From assembly GCA_016703785.1 (NCBI GenBank), contig JADJBM010000017.1:484-64483 (forward strand): a stretch of 64,000 nt of DNA, read 5' to 3'. How positions within the stretch are numbered: the first letter of the stretch is position 1; each line of letters opens with the position of its first letter. The DNA is from Betaproteobacteria bacterium. GTDB taxonomy: Bacteria; Pseudomonadota; Gammaproteobacteria; Burkholderiales; Rhodocyclaceae. Of this stretch, positions 18,686 to 27,544 are shown piece after piece. Below the pieces are notes generated by a model. The model had not been told where the DNA came from, did not search any database, and was given only the letters and a program-made list of their open reading frames with translations. The position numbers and the translations under genes were made by a program.

Positions 18686-19675
18686 ATGCCCAAGCGCCCC
18701 GATACCCTGGAAACCGTCCTGCTGGTCCTTGAAATGCTGCGCCGCATTCCCCGCGGCCGCAAGATTTCGGCCCCGGAGTTGCACAGGCAGCTCGCCGACA
18801 TCGGCGTCGAACGCGACCTGCGCACCATCCAGCGGCAGTTGGATATGTTGAGCGAACACTTCGAGATCGAGCGGGACGACCGCAGCAAGCCTTACGGTTA
18901 CCGATGGAAGGATCGGGCAAAGGGCATGTCCGTGCCTTCGCTCACCGAGCATGAGTGGCTGCTGCTCACCTTGGCCGAGAAGCATTTGCGGAACCTGTTG
19001 CCGGCCAACCTGATGAAGTCAATGGAGCCGTTCTTCGTCCAGGCGCGGGCCAACCTGGGCCCGCAGGCCAGTGCACGGCGTGAGCGGGAATGGCTAAACA
19101 AGGTCTGCGTCGTTAGTACCACGCAGCCTCTTTTGCCGCCCAGGATCAAGCCCGGGGTGTTCGAGGAAGTCAGCAATGCGCTCTATGCCAACCGTTGGCT
19201 GCATGTCGACTACAAGAGCGCTACAGGCAAGGCGACCAAGGCTGAGGTGATGCCGCTCGGCCTAGCCCAGCAGGGACCGCGACTCTATTTGGTCTGCCGC
19301 TTTCGCGGATACGACAACGAAAGGAGCCTGGCGATTCACCGCATCAACTCTGCCAAGGCATCAACGCTGACCTTCGAGCGCCCAAGGAATTTCGACTTGA
19401 AGAAATACGACGACGATGGACGCTTCGGCTTTGGCGAAGGGCGACGCATCCGCCTGACGTTCAGAATCGCGCGAAACGCTGGCGCCCACCTGTTGGAGTC
19501 GCCGCTATCCGACGATCAGCAGGTTAAGAAGATAGGCGATCAGTACGAGATTAGCGCCACCGTCGTCGATAGCGCCCAGCTTGAATGGTGGTTGCGTGGG
19601 TTCGGGACGCATGTTAGCAATATCCGGCGTCAGCCTATGTTGGAAAGAATCAAACATAATGGGTGTTCCAAGTAG
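18686..19675 (+). CDS. WYL-domain transcriptional regulator (wHTH-WYL-WCX architecture)
   Basis: ATG at 18686. The wHTH reads LETVLLVLEMLRRIPRGRKISAPELHRQLADIGVERDLRTIQRQLDML. The WYL region reads WLHVDYKSATGKATKAEVMPLGLAQQGPRLYLVCRF. The C-terminus reads ISATVVDSAQLEWWLRGFG. Confidence 0.8.
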   Translation: MPKRPDTLETVLLVLEMLRRIPRGRKISAPELHRQLADIGVERDLRTIQRQLDMLSEHFEIERDDRSKPYGYRWKDRAKGMSVPSLTEHEWLLLTLAEKHLRNLLPANLMKSMEPFFVQARANLGPQASARREREWLNKVCVVSTTQPLLPPRIKPGVFEEVSNALYANRWLHVDYKSATGKATKAEVMPLGLAQQGPRLYLVCRFRGYDNERSLAIHRINSAKASTLTFERPRNFDLKKYDDDGRFGFGEGRRIRLTFRIARNAGAHLLESPLSDDQQVKKIGDQYEISATVVDSAQLEWWLRGFGTHVSNIRRQPMLERIKHNGCSK

Positions 19676-19795
19676 CACTGCTACTGATTTGAAGTCCCCC
19701 AAAGAGCGAAATGCGGCCTCGCCGTCCTGCGGCGACTGACATTTATCTATGATTCATGGAACGCACGACAGGCAATTCAACATGCTAGGAAAATC

Positions 19796-20380
19796 ATGCT
19801 TTTCAGTGGGGATATATGGGTAAATATTTTTGCTCTTTTTCTGATCGGTTGTTGCCTTATAGCCTCTTCCGAAGTAAGCGCTCAGATCAAGGATGGCAGC
19901 TACAACGGAGCGTTGCGTTGCGGCCCATTGATCAGCGATGCAAAGCGTGGTCCGTGGACCCAACCAGTGCAGTTGCATGTTTCAGGAACCTCGATCTCTT
20001 GGTTACGCACTGACGGAAAATATACTGAATCGGGAAGTGGAGTCTTTCAGTGGCCAAGTTAATTTGGCATTGAAGGCTCCTGGAATTGAGCAATCCCAAC
20101 AAAAGTTGGCGTACTGCAGTAAAGCTGAATCTTGAGGAAGGCAAGCTTAGGGTCTTGCGACCATCCCACAGAAGATGGAAAGCAACGACTTCGTGATTGC
20201 AATGTTGTAATCGCAATCTCATTGATACCTGGCACTTCAATTGCCAACACGGTCCCCAGAGAAAACACTGTACAGACTGTTACTCAAAGAAAGAATTCTG
20301 TAGCCACAACTGCAACCGGACCTCTCTTTAGCACCAAGGCCGAAATGATTGAGAAAACGCGCGCCGGCCAGTTTCTTTGA
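19796..20380 (+). CDS. Hypothetical secreted protein in AT-rich DNA (about 3 frame breaks)
   Basis: ORFs 19796..20062, 19938..20135 and 20132..20380 overlap end to end. The N-terminal signal-like sequence is NIFALFLIGCCLIASSEVSAQ. The join is tentative. Confidence 0.3.
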
Positions 20381-21290
20381 TCAAAACAAAATTTATGTCA
20401 GTGAGAGGACCGCATTTGTCCAATCTGTAATGGCTACTCTATATAACGACTTCGGCGTAACCGAGTTGCCAAGAGACGTTGGATGTGTGGGTGAGTTTGA
20501 ACACAATGTGAAAACGTTGTTCGGAGAAACGGTACGTGCGTATGTTGATGGCTCGATTGGTGGGCCACCCGACTTCACGTTTAATCAGCAGGCCGTCAAA
20601 ATGAAATTGTCGAATGTTGAGCAAACCGCAGCTAGATTGTTGCCTGAGAATGGAAGTGGTTGGTGCAGCGGAAAATCGGGTGCGCACCCGTATTTGATCG
20701 CGTTACCGAAGCTACGCAAAGAATTCGACTTGGCAATACTAAGCGCCATCAGTGAGCGTCGCTCTCAACTCTTAGCTCAGCATAAGCAACAGCAGGCTGA
20801 AAAGCTTGCTGCTAGGCAAAAACAGGAACAAGAGAAACGTGTTGAAGACCAGCGGAAAGCTGAAGCTGAGCGTGAGCGCGTAGCTCGTGAAAATGTTGCG
20901 GCAAACGAAAAAGCTAAATATGAAAAGGGGGCTGCTTCACGCAACGCTAAAAAAATAAGCGAGCTAAGACTTCCATCGAAATTCGTGGCGTCCAATTTGT
21001 ACGTGAATTACCTGGGACAATGGCTAATACTGATGCCATGTTCCCAGTGGTTGGGCTGTTATTTGAAAATAATGCCATCGAATCACTTAAAGCCATTTCC
21101 GGCAAACGGAAATCCAGGTGTTTCAATCAAACTTAATGGACAGCCGCCCATTGGGTTGCTGTTCAGAATGGAGAGTAACGAAGCATATATATACGCCATT
21201 GTAACGAACAACATTGTTGAGCCAATTCATACCCAAGGCGAACACAGTCAAATGGCGCTTATGCTCCAACAGCTAACTGAGCGTAAATGA
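20349..21290 (+). CDS. Hypothetical protein with central Lys/Glu/Gln coiled-coil, in AT-rich DNA
   Basis: Intact 313 aa ORF containing LLAQHKQQQAEKLAARQKQEQEKRVEDQRKAEAERERVARE. The true start may be an internal Met such as MATLYNDFG. No domain recognised. Confidence 0.5.
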   Translation: MRKRAPASFFDQNKIYVSERTAFVQSVMATLYNDFGVTELPRDVGCVGEFEHNVKTLFGETVRAYVDGSIGGPPDFTFNQQAVKMKLSNVEQTAARLLPENGSGWCSGKSGAHPYLIALPKLRKEFDLAILSAISERRSQLLAQHKQQQAEKLAARQKQEQEKRVEDQRKAEAERERVARENVAANEKAKYEKGAASRNAKKISELRLPSKFVASNLYVNYLGQWLILMPCSQWLGCYLKIMPSNHLKPFPANGNPGVSIKLNGQPPIGLLFRMESNEAYIYAIVTNNIVEPIHTQGEHSQMALMLQQLTERK

Positions 21291-21402
21291 CCGCTCTGGC
21301 CGACTTTGAGAAGCTCATTTTGGTAGTGATTATCTTCGGGAGTTTGCGGTTACACATGATGGCCACACCAGATGGATCTACTTTGAACGAGCGATAGACT
21401 TC

Positions 21403-21450
21403 CTTCAAGAGGCCACCCAGCACCTAATAGGTGCTGGGGTCCTCTTGAAG
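21403..21450. terminator. Long GC-rich stem-loop downstream of alpA
   Basis: cttcaagagg cca cccagcacc taata ggtgctggg gt cctcttgaag, a nested 10+9 bp stem. It lies 19 nt beyond the alpA stop on the minus strand. Confidence 0.5.
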
Positions 21451-21468
21451 ATTATTGCCACAGTTACA

Positions 21469-21681
21469 TTACAGTTCCTGACCCAGACGGGATATCTTTA
21501 TCTGGTGATTCAGCCAGTCGATCACCTCATCGCGAATCCATCCCACAGCCCTCGCGCCCAGTTTGACCTGCTTTGGGAACTGGTTGCGTGTGATCTTTTG
21601 GTAGATAGAGCTGCGCGAGAGACATGTCATCTGGGTCACATCTTTCATACTCAACATTTGGTTGCTAAGTCTGGCATTCAT
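21469..21681 (-). CDS. alpA: AlpA-family phage/island regulatory protein (excisionase-like HTH)
   Basis: MLSMKDVTQMTCLSRSSIYQKITRNQFPKQVKLGARAVGWIRDEVIDWL matches the AlpA/MerR-type pattern. Confidence 0.8.
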   Translation of the reverse strand: MNARLSNQMLSMKDVTQMTCLSRSSIYQKITRNQFPKQVKLGARAVGWIRDEVIDWLNHQIKISRLGQEL

Positions 21682-21733
21682 GTCGACTCCTTGAAATGAT
21701 TTAAAGGAAGTCTCGTCGTCTCGTCGTCTCGTA

Positions 21734-22732
21734 CTATTGGATCAATCCTTCTTTCGCATGGCATGCCCATGGCTGCCGTAGTAGCTCGCGGTCACCTGCA
21801 CGCCCGTGGCCCAGGTCGCGCGACACTTCGATGCCGGCTTCGCGGTGCTTCACCAGATCAACCTGCTTGGGATCGGCGCCGGCAATTGGCGACGGCAGTC
21901 CAGCCATGTCCTGATACTTCTCTTGGGCGTACTCATGCCGCAGCCCATGGCTGGTCACCCCGAGGTCGTTGAGATTGACCCCGAGTTTCTCCGCCAGCAG
22001 GTAGTAGTAGCGGCGCTTGGCTTGGGCCCAAGTGCGACCCGGCCAACGGATACGCCTCGTCTTTCCGGTCTCCGCCACACGCAGCGCCCACTCGAACACC
22101 TCGCGCTTGTAGTCGGTGTCGATCGGAATGCGGCGCCAGCGCCCGCCCTTCGTGCCTTCATGGATGTCCAGCGCGGTTCCGCTCTCGGCGCGGCACCAGG
22201 CCGGGTGCATCTCAATGGCTTCCTTCATGCGCAGGCCGAAGGCGTCCTCGAGAGCCAACATCACCGCAAGACGCTCGTCGATCTCGCGCGCTCGGGCGAT
22301 CACCACCGCAGCCTCAACACCGTTGGGCAGCCAGGCGCGGTTTCGCTTAGCGACCGTGCGGCGCCGCACGTCCTTGTTGGGCAGATAGTCATGCACGTCC
22401 TGGACCATGCCGGGCTTGTTGATCCAGCCGCAGAAGGTGCGGAGGAAGGACACCCTGGTATGCAGGGTGATGATGGCGATGCCTTCCTGATCCCAGCGCT
22501 GGAGCAGAACCTCGATGTGGCGGCTGCCCAAGTTGCGCGGCGAGGCCAGGCGGTAGCCCATCTCAAATAGCTGCGCGAAGGCCAGCCGGTAGAAGCTGGC
22601 ACGCTCGAGCCGGGTCTTGGCGGAGGCCTTGCCCTGCTTGCGTGTGGTGCGAAAGCCGTTGTGACCGTTGAGGATCCTGTCCAGCTCGTTCAGAAACTTG
22701 GCCGGCAGGTACTTGTCTGCGAGGGACTTCAT
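21734..22732 (-). mobile_element. Tyrosine recombinase / island integrase (Integrase_1-like), 3' end probably frameshifted
   Basis: 332 aa ORF with AFGLRMKEAIEM (Arg I region) and TSHGLRHEYAQEKY (H-x-x-R box). After LGHGRAG the alternative frame reads VTASYYGSHGHAMRKKD*, which restores a Y-containing catalytic tail. In the printed frame that Tyr is lost. Confidence 0.75.
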
Positions 22733-23966
22733 GGTGGTTTCCTTTCTCTTGAATGATTCGCATAGGTTCTCCTCATCCCAGTCCGGGACGATGAGGTTGA
22801 TTTCTTCGATATCGCGCTCGACAACCAGCAGTCAGCGGCCGGCGGCGGTCTCGCCGGCGACAGGCAAAAGGTCTTCCCCCGCGCGAGAGCCGTCGCACGG
22901 TGCAATTCAATTACGGGTTGGTGGGGTAAAGCAGGGCGGTTAGAAAGGTCAAACGATTGGCGCACGTCTTCCACATTTCTGCGGAGAGAACGGCAGCAGC
23001 TACCTCGCTCAAAACGAAGCGCTACCCAGATCGGCCGTCCAGACGCTCATAGCGCTGAAGCGGGGTCACCATCACATGGCGAGGAGCACCCTCAAAGAAG
23101 GTACCCCGGGGTATATTTCAGCCCCCCGATCCGTCCGTCCACGGCCATCCATCACATGGCGCCGCGGGTCAGCTGTTTCCGGAATCGCATCCCGTGCGGA
23201 CATCAAATCTCAAGTGTCGATGTCCCAGCCGCTGTTCGTAGATCCACCCCTGCCCACCTGGGTTCAGCTCCTGCCAACGGAGCTACCGGGTGCTCTTCAA
23301 CGGAGACGATGGCCCATTGCCACCACCTTGCCGGTTGGCATCCAAGACGGACATCGAGCGTGTGAATCATGTTGTTTGGTCTGCCAGGGAGGAAGTCGCA
23401 CGTTCCGAACCGCCGGCCCGCACAGAAATCAACCATGACTAGAGAGAATCCCTGCGGTACCAGCTGCAGGGGTGACGAGCGCAAGGCTCATCGGTAATAG
23501 AGCGACCATTCAGGTCGGTGATTCGCGCCGTTGTTGCTCGGCGGATGTCCGGGCGGCTCGCCCGAAAGGGTTTCGAGAGCTTTATCCCCATCCTGCAGGG
23601 ACTGACGCGGTTCCTCTCGCGCTTCCACGTTCGCCAGCACGGCGAAAAAACTTTTAATCGGTCATGCGGGACAAGCTACATCACGCGACGCAATTATCCT
23701 CACAGAAAATAATTCCTGTCAACTGTCGAGCGAACGAACTACATGGGTTGGTGAATTTTTGGTTCCGAAATCGGCTTGAAAACTAATAAAGACGCCACTC
23801 TTGAAATATGTCTGGTTCCACCTGCTTTCCGTTGGTGGTTCGCTCGACTGCAAGCCGCGTGCCACAAAGCACTCGATGCATCGCGCGATTTCAAAGCTGG
23901 ATCACATCATTCTTTCCGCGCTCAAGCAGTTCTCACCGATCAACAGCAAAAGCATACTCAAATCAC

Positions 23967-24070
23967 ATCTCGCCACCTATTGGACACCTTTTGGACACCC
24001 TCTCGCCACCTGGCGCTGATTTCCCTTACCGCAAGCGATCTCGCCGCCTATTGGACACCTTTTGGACACC
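23967..24070. repeat. Two 33-bp direct repeats, each holding two TTGGACACC boxes (iteron/arm-site-like)
   Basis: atctcgccacctattggacaccttttggacacc at 23967-23999 and atctcgccgcctattggacaccttttggacacc at 24038-24070, with 1 mismatch. A third partial copy, ctctcgccacctgg, lies at 24000-24013. The region is non-coding, 1.2 kb from the integrase start. Confidence 0.8.
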
Positions 24071-24245
24071 TCGTGGTGTTTTTGAACAAAAAACCAGCCC
24101 ATCCCCCTGCATCGTCGCAAAGTGATGTTCCTTGCTGCTGCTTCCAGGTGCTCGAAGAATCGACTCCGCACAGCCGTTGCGTTCCCTGGCTTCCTCGATG
24201 CCCATCCACTTTGCTCATCGGCCCATCTGGAACCTCTCGCTAAGG

Positions 24246-24548
24246 TCAGGCAATTCCCTCCATCCTCACCGCCCAGGCCTCCCCCTGCCGCGCCGCCACG
24301 AACTCGCGCGATCCCTTCGTGCCAGGCTCCACTTCCGTCCGGCTCGGAATGCGGTTGCCCCAGGCGTCCTGCGCCGGCTGCGGCCCGAGCAGGCAGCGGC
24401 CTTCCTCGATGGCGGCCATCATTGCGCGGCCGTAGCTGCCCTGGAACTTCCACCCCTCGCCGCCGTTGATGGCGCGCTGCAGGGCTTCGAAGTAGGCCGG
24501 CTCGCCGGTGGCGCCGCCCTCGATGATGTCGACGTCTTCCAGTCTCAT
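24246..24548 (-). CDS. Small hypothetical protein (100 aa)
   Basis: ORF starting 8 nt downstream of the previous minus-strand gene end. No motif recognised. Confidence 0.45.
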   Translation of the reverse strand: MRLEDVDIIEGGATGEPAYFEALQRAINGGEGWKFQGSYGRAMMAAIEEGRCLLGPQPAQDAWGNRIPSRTEVEPGTKGSREFVAARQGEAWAVRMEGIA

Positions 24549-24555
24549 GGCAGGA

Positions 24556-25066
24556 TCAGTGAAGGGTGCCGGACGGTTCCCTGTCCGGCAGCAGGCCGAC
24601 GAAGCGGCCCTCGACGCCGTCCATGAACGACAGGCTCACCGGCGTGGCGAAGGTGCGCCGCTTCTTCGAGGGCGGCTTGGGCTTCAGCGGTACCTGCGCG
24701 CCCCACACGCCGTGGCGAGTCTCCAGCATGAAGTTGGCGGTGTCCATCTTCCACGGGCAGGCGCCGATCGAGCCGTAGCGCTCGATGATCTCTCGTAGCG
24801 CGCCACCTTGTCCTTCGGCAGGCCCCAGCCTTCCATCACCAGAACACGAAATCCGCCTCGACGCTCTCCGCCGCCATGCGGATGGCCAGGGCGGCGTTGT
24901 CCTTCGCCTCGTCGGAGGCAGTGTCGATGACGACGGGGACCAACCGGCCGGAGGCGAAGTTGCCAACGAAGGCGATGGGCGAGAGGCTTTCCCCCTTCTC
25001 CAGGAAGCCGCGGGCTTTCTCGATGAAGGGCAGGACGGCTTCCAGGTAGGGTTCGGGCAGTTTCAT
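24556..25066 (-). CDS. Hypothetical protein (two frameshifts)
   Basis: 24836..25066 gives MKLPEPYLEAVLPFIEKARGFLEKGE...ADFVF. A piece from frame 24684.. gives LVMEGWGLPKDKV. 24556..24966 gives REIIERYGSIGACPWKMDTANFMLETRHGVWGAQVPL.... Together they read as one ~170 aa protein. Confidence 0.4.
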
Positions 25067-25143
25067 GGTCGGTTCGGGGCGGCAGGTCCGGCGCGGCAGC
25101 CGGGCATCGGCGATAATCGCACATTGCCCGACATGACCGCCAG

Positions 25144-27081
25144 ATGATTTTCCATATCCCGCTGCGCGACCTCAAGCTGTTCTCGGCCGGCGGCCTCGAA
25201 GGCCTGACCGAGGCCGAGCTGGTGGCGCGCCTGCGCGCCGAGCACCCCCGCCTGCTCGCCGATGCGCAGATCGAGATCGCCGGCGGCATGGTCACCATCC
25301 GCTTCCCCGAGCCGCCCGCGCAGGGCAAGGCGGAGGCCGCGCGCCTGCTGGAGAAGGGCATCCAGCGCTGCCGGCAGGGCGAGTACCGCAAGGCCGCCGG
25401 CATCCTGGAGCGCGTGCTCGAGCTGGACCCGTCGAGCACGCCGGCCTACCGCAACCTCGGCATGGCGCTGATGGAGCTGGGCGAGACGGAGCAGGCGCGC
25501 CAGCACCTGGTGGAGGCCGCGCTGCTCGACCCGAAGGACGCCTGGCCCTACGTCGTGCTGGGCAACGCCCTGGTGCGCGAGCCGGGCAAGCTCGACGCCG
25601 CCGAGGGCCTGCTCGCCAAGGCGCACGAGCTCGACCCGAAGGATCCCTGGGCGATGAACTCGCTGGGCGGCATCGCCATGGAGCGCGGCGACCTCGCCGC
25701 GGCGGTGGCCTGGTTCAGCAAGGCGCTGGCGGCCAAGCCCGACTTCGCCAACGCCCACTACGGCTGGGCCCTGGCGCTCTCCACCCAGGGCCGCGACGAG
25801 GCGGCGCTGGAGCGCCTCGGCCTCCTCTTCGCCAAGGCGGAAGTGCAGGACGCGCGCTCCCGCCCCGTCTTCGCCAACGCCCGCAGCCTCTGGCGCGAGA
25901 TCACGGCGCGGCGGGCCACCGCCCATGCGACGGAAAGCATCGCCGCCGTGCGCGCTTACCTCGACGGCATCGCGGAGCGTTCGGGCTTCCCCGTGCGCGA
26001 GGAATGGGCGGACTTCCCGGAGAACTACGCCGCGCAGACGCAGATGGCCTGGAAGAAGGGGCGCGACCACCACCTGGTGCGCCTGCGCCGCGGCTACCCC
26101 GAGCCGGCCTGGCACCACATCCTCGCCCACGAGGCCACCCATATTTCCATGGAGGCGGAGGCGCGCGCGCTCGGCCGCAACCGCTGGTTCACCCTCACCG
26201 ACGAGACGCGCCGCAAGGCGCTCCGGCAGATGGAGCCGGAGATCCGCCGCATCGCCCGCCAGGGGCATTCCGCCGAGCGCCTCGCCGCGCTGGTTTCGAA
26301 ACTGCTGGAGGGCGCCGCCGGCCTGCTCTTCAACACCCCCATCGACATGGCGATCGAGTCGCGCCTGGCGCGCGAGCTGCCGGTGCTGCGCGAGGCGCAG
26401 CTGCTGTCGCTCGACACCCTGGCGCGCGAGGCGGCGGCCCTGAGCACCCACCGCGAGATCCGCCAGATCACGCCGGAGCGCATCCTCGCCGTCAATGACA
26501 CTCTGAACGCCGCCGCCGCGCTGTTCCTGCGCGACCTCTCGGGCGGCGCCCTCGACTACATTGAGGCCTATCGCCCGTTCAACTGCCTGGCCAGGGCGGA
26601 GCGTTTATACGCCGCCTACCGCGACGCCGAGGCGGAGGGCATCGCGCCCGGACAGGAATACGATCTCGTCGACGAATTCGCCTCGCAGCTCGGCGTGCGC
26701 GCCTGGTACGTTTGGCAGGCCGACAGCGGGCCGGGCGGGGCGGCGGCAAGCGAGCCGCCGGCGCAGTCCCGCAAGATCGAGTCGCCGGCCGCGCTGATGT
26801 GCCTCGTGGCGGCGCTGGAGCGCCTTGACGGGCGCGGCGATCAGGACGTCGCGCAGATCGCCGCCGAGGCGGCGCTGAAGGGCACCACCGGCCTCGACCT
26901 GGATTCGCCGGAGAAGCTCCACAGCCTCTCCGCCTTCGGCAACGAGCGCTTCAGCGGGCTGGAGCTGCTCTGCCTGATGCACGCCGCGATGCAGCGCGTC
27001 AGCCCGGGCACTGACGTGGGGGCAGATTTCTCGGGGGTGTGGACGGCGGCGCAGATGATTTACGCGACGCGGAAGAAGTAG
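25144..27081 (+). CDS. TPR-repeat protein with central HEXXH metalloprotease-like motif
   Basis: Intact 645 aa ORF in very GC-rich DNA. TPR units run from QGEYRKAAGILERVLELDPSSTPAYRNLG to DFANAHYGWALAL. HEATH is at 26128-26142 (WHHILAHEATHISME). Confidence 0.7.
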   Translation: MIFHIPLRDLKLFSAGGLEGLTEAELVARLRAEHPRLLADAQIEIAGGMVTIRFPEPPAQGKAEAARLLEKGIQRCRQGEYRKAAGILERVLELDPSSTPAYRNLGMALMELGETEQARQHLVEAALLDPKDAWPYVVLGNALVREPGKLDAAEGLLAKAHELDPKDPWAMNSLGGIAMERGDLAAAVAWFSKALAAKPDFANAHYGWALALSTQGRDEAALERLGLLFAKAEVQDARSRPVFANARSLWREITARRATAHATESIAAVRAYLDGIAERSGFPVREEWADFPENYAAQTQMAWKKGRDHHLVRLRRGYPEPAWHHILAHEATHISMEAEARALGRNRWFTLTDETRRKALRQMEPEIRRIARQGHSAERLAALVSKLLEGAAGLLFNTPIDMAIESRLARELPVLREAQLLSLDTLAREAAALSTHREIRQITPERILAVNDTLNAAAALFLRDLSGGALDYIEAYRPFNCLARAERLYAAYRDAEAEGIAPGQEYDLVDEFASQLGVRAWYVWQADSGPGGAAASEPPAQSRKIESPAALMCLVAALERLDGRGDQDVAQIAAEAALKGTTGLDLDSPEKLHSLSAFGNERFSGLELLCLMHAAMQRVSPGTDVGADFSGVWTAAQMIYATRKK

Positions 27082-27544
27082 GGCGGTCGAGAGGCGGTAG
27101 GGTATTCAGGGATGGGCAGGCCTGGGGGAGGGCGGAATCCACTTATCGTTTCGCTTGGCTATGACGCTATGTCGCGGAACGACCGGTTTGCGATTGCCAA
27201 TACCTGTCGGTGGCGATTGTTCTCTCCATAGCTGACGTTGAGCAGGAACGTGTTCTCATAGGTTGTCCCTGGTTGCTCCGCCGCAGTTCATGGAAGACGA
27301 TTCGCACAAGCGACTGATCGTCGTTACGTCAGAGAACACATGATTGGCATCTGAAGCACCCAAGCCAGAAGTCGCGAACAGCGCAAAGCCCATAGAGTCT
27401 TGTTATTCCATTTGATTCACGGCAGGATACCAGGCTAAAAAGAGCTATCCTGCATCCTCGGGCGGCAACGGCAACCGCGTTTTCTGATCTCAGCCTTCTT
27501 CATAGAGCGGGGATGTTAGAAACACCAGTCGGATATCACCTGAA

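Noticed and set aside
19676-24250. Prophage around the AlpA/integrase pair.
   Set aside because: No capsid, tail, terminase, portal or lysis genes are recognisable anywhere in the window. An integrative islet is a better description.
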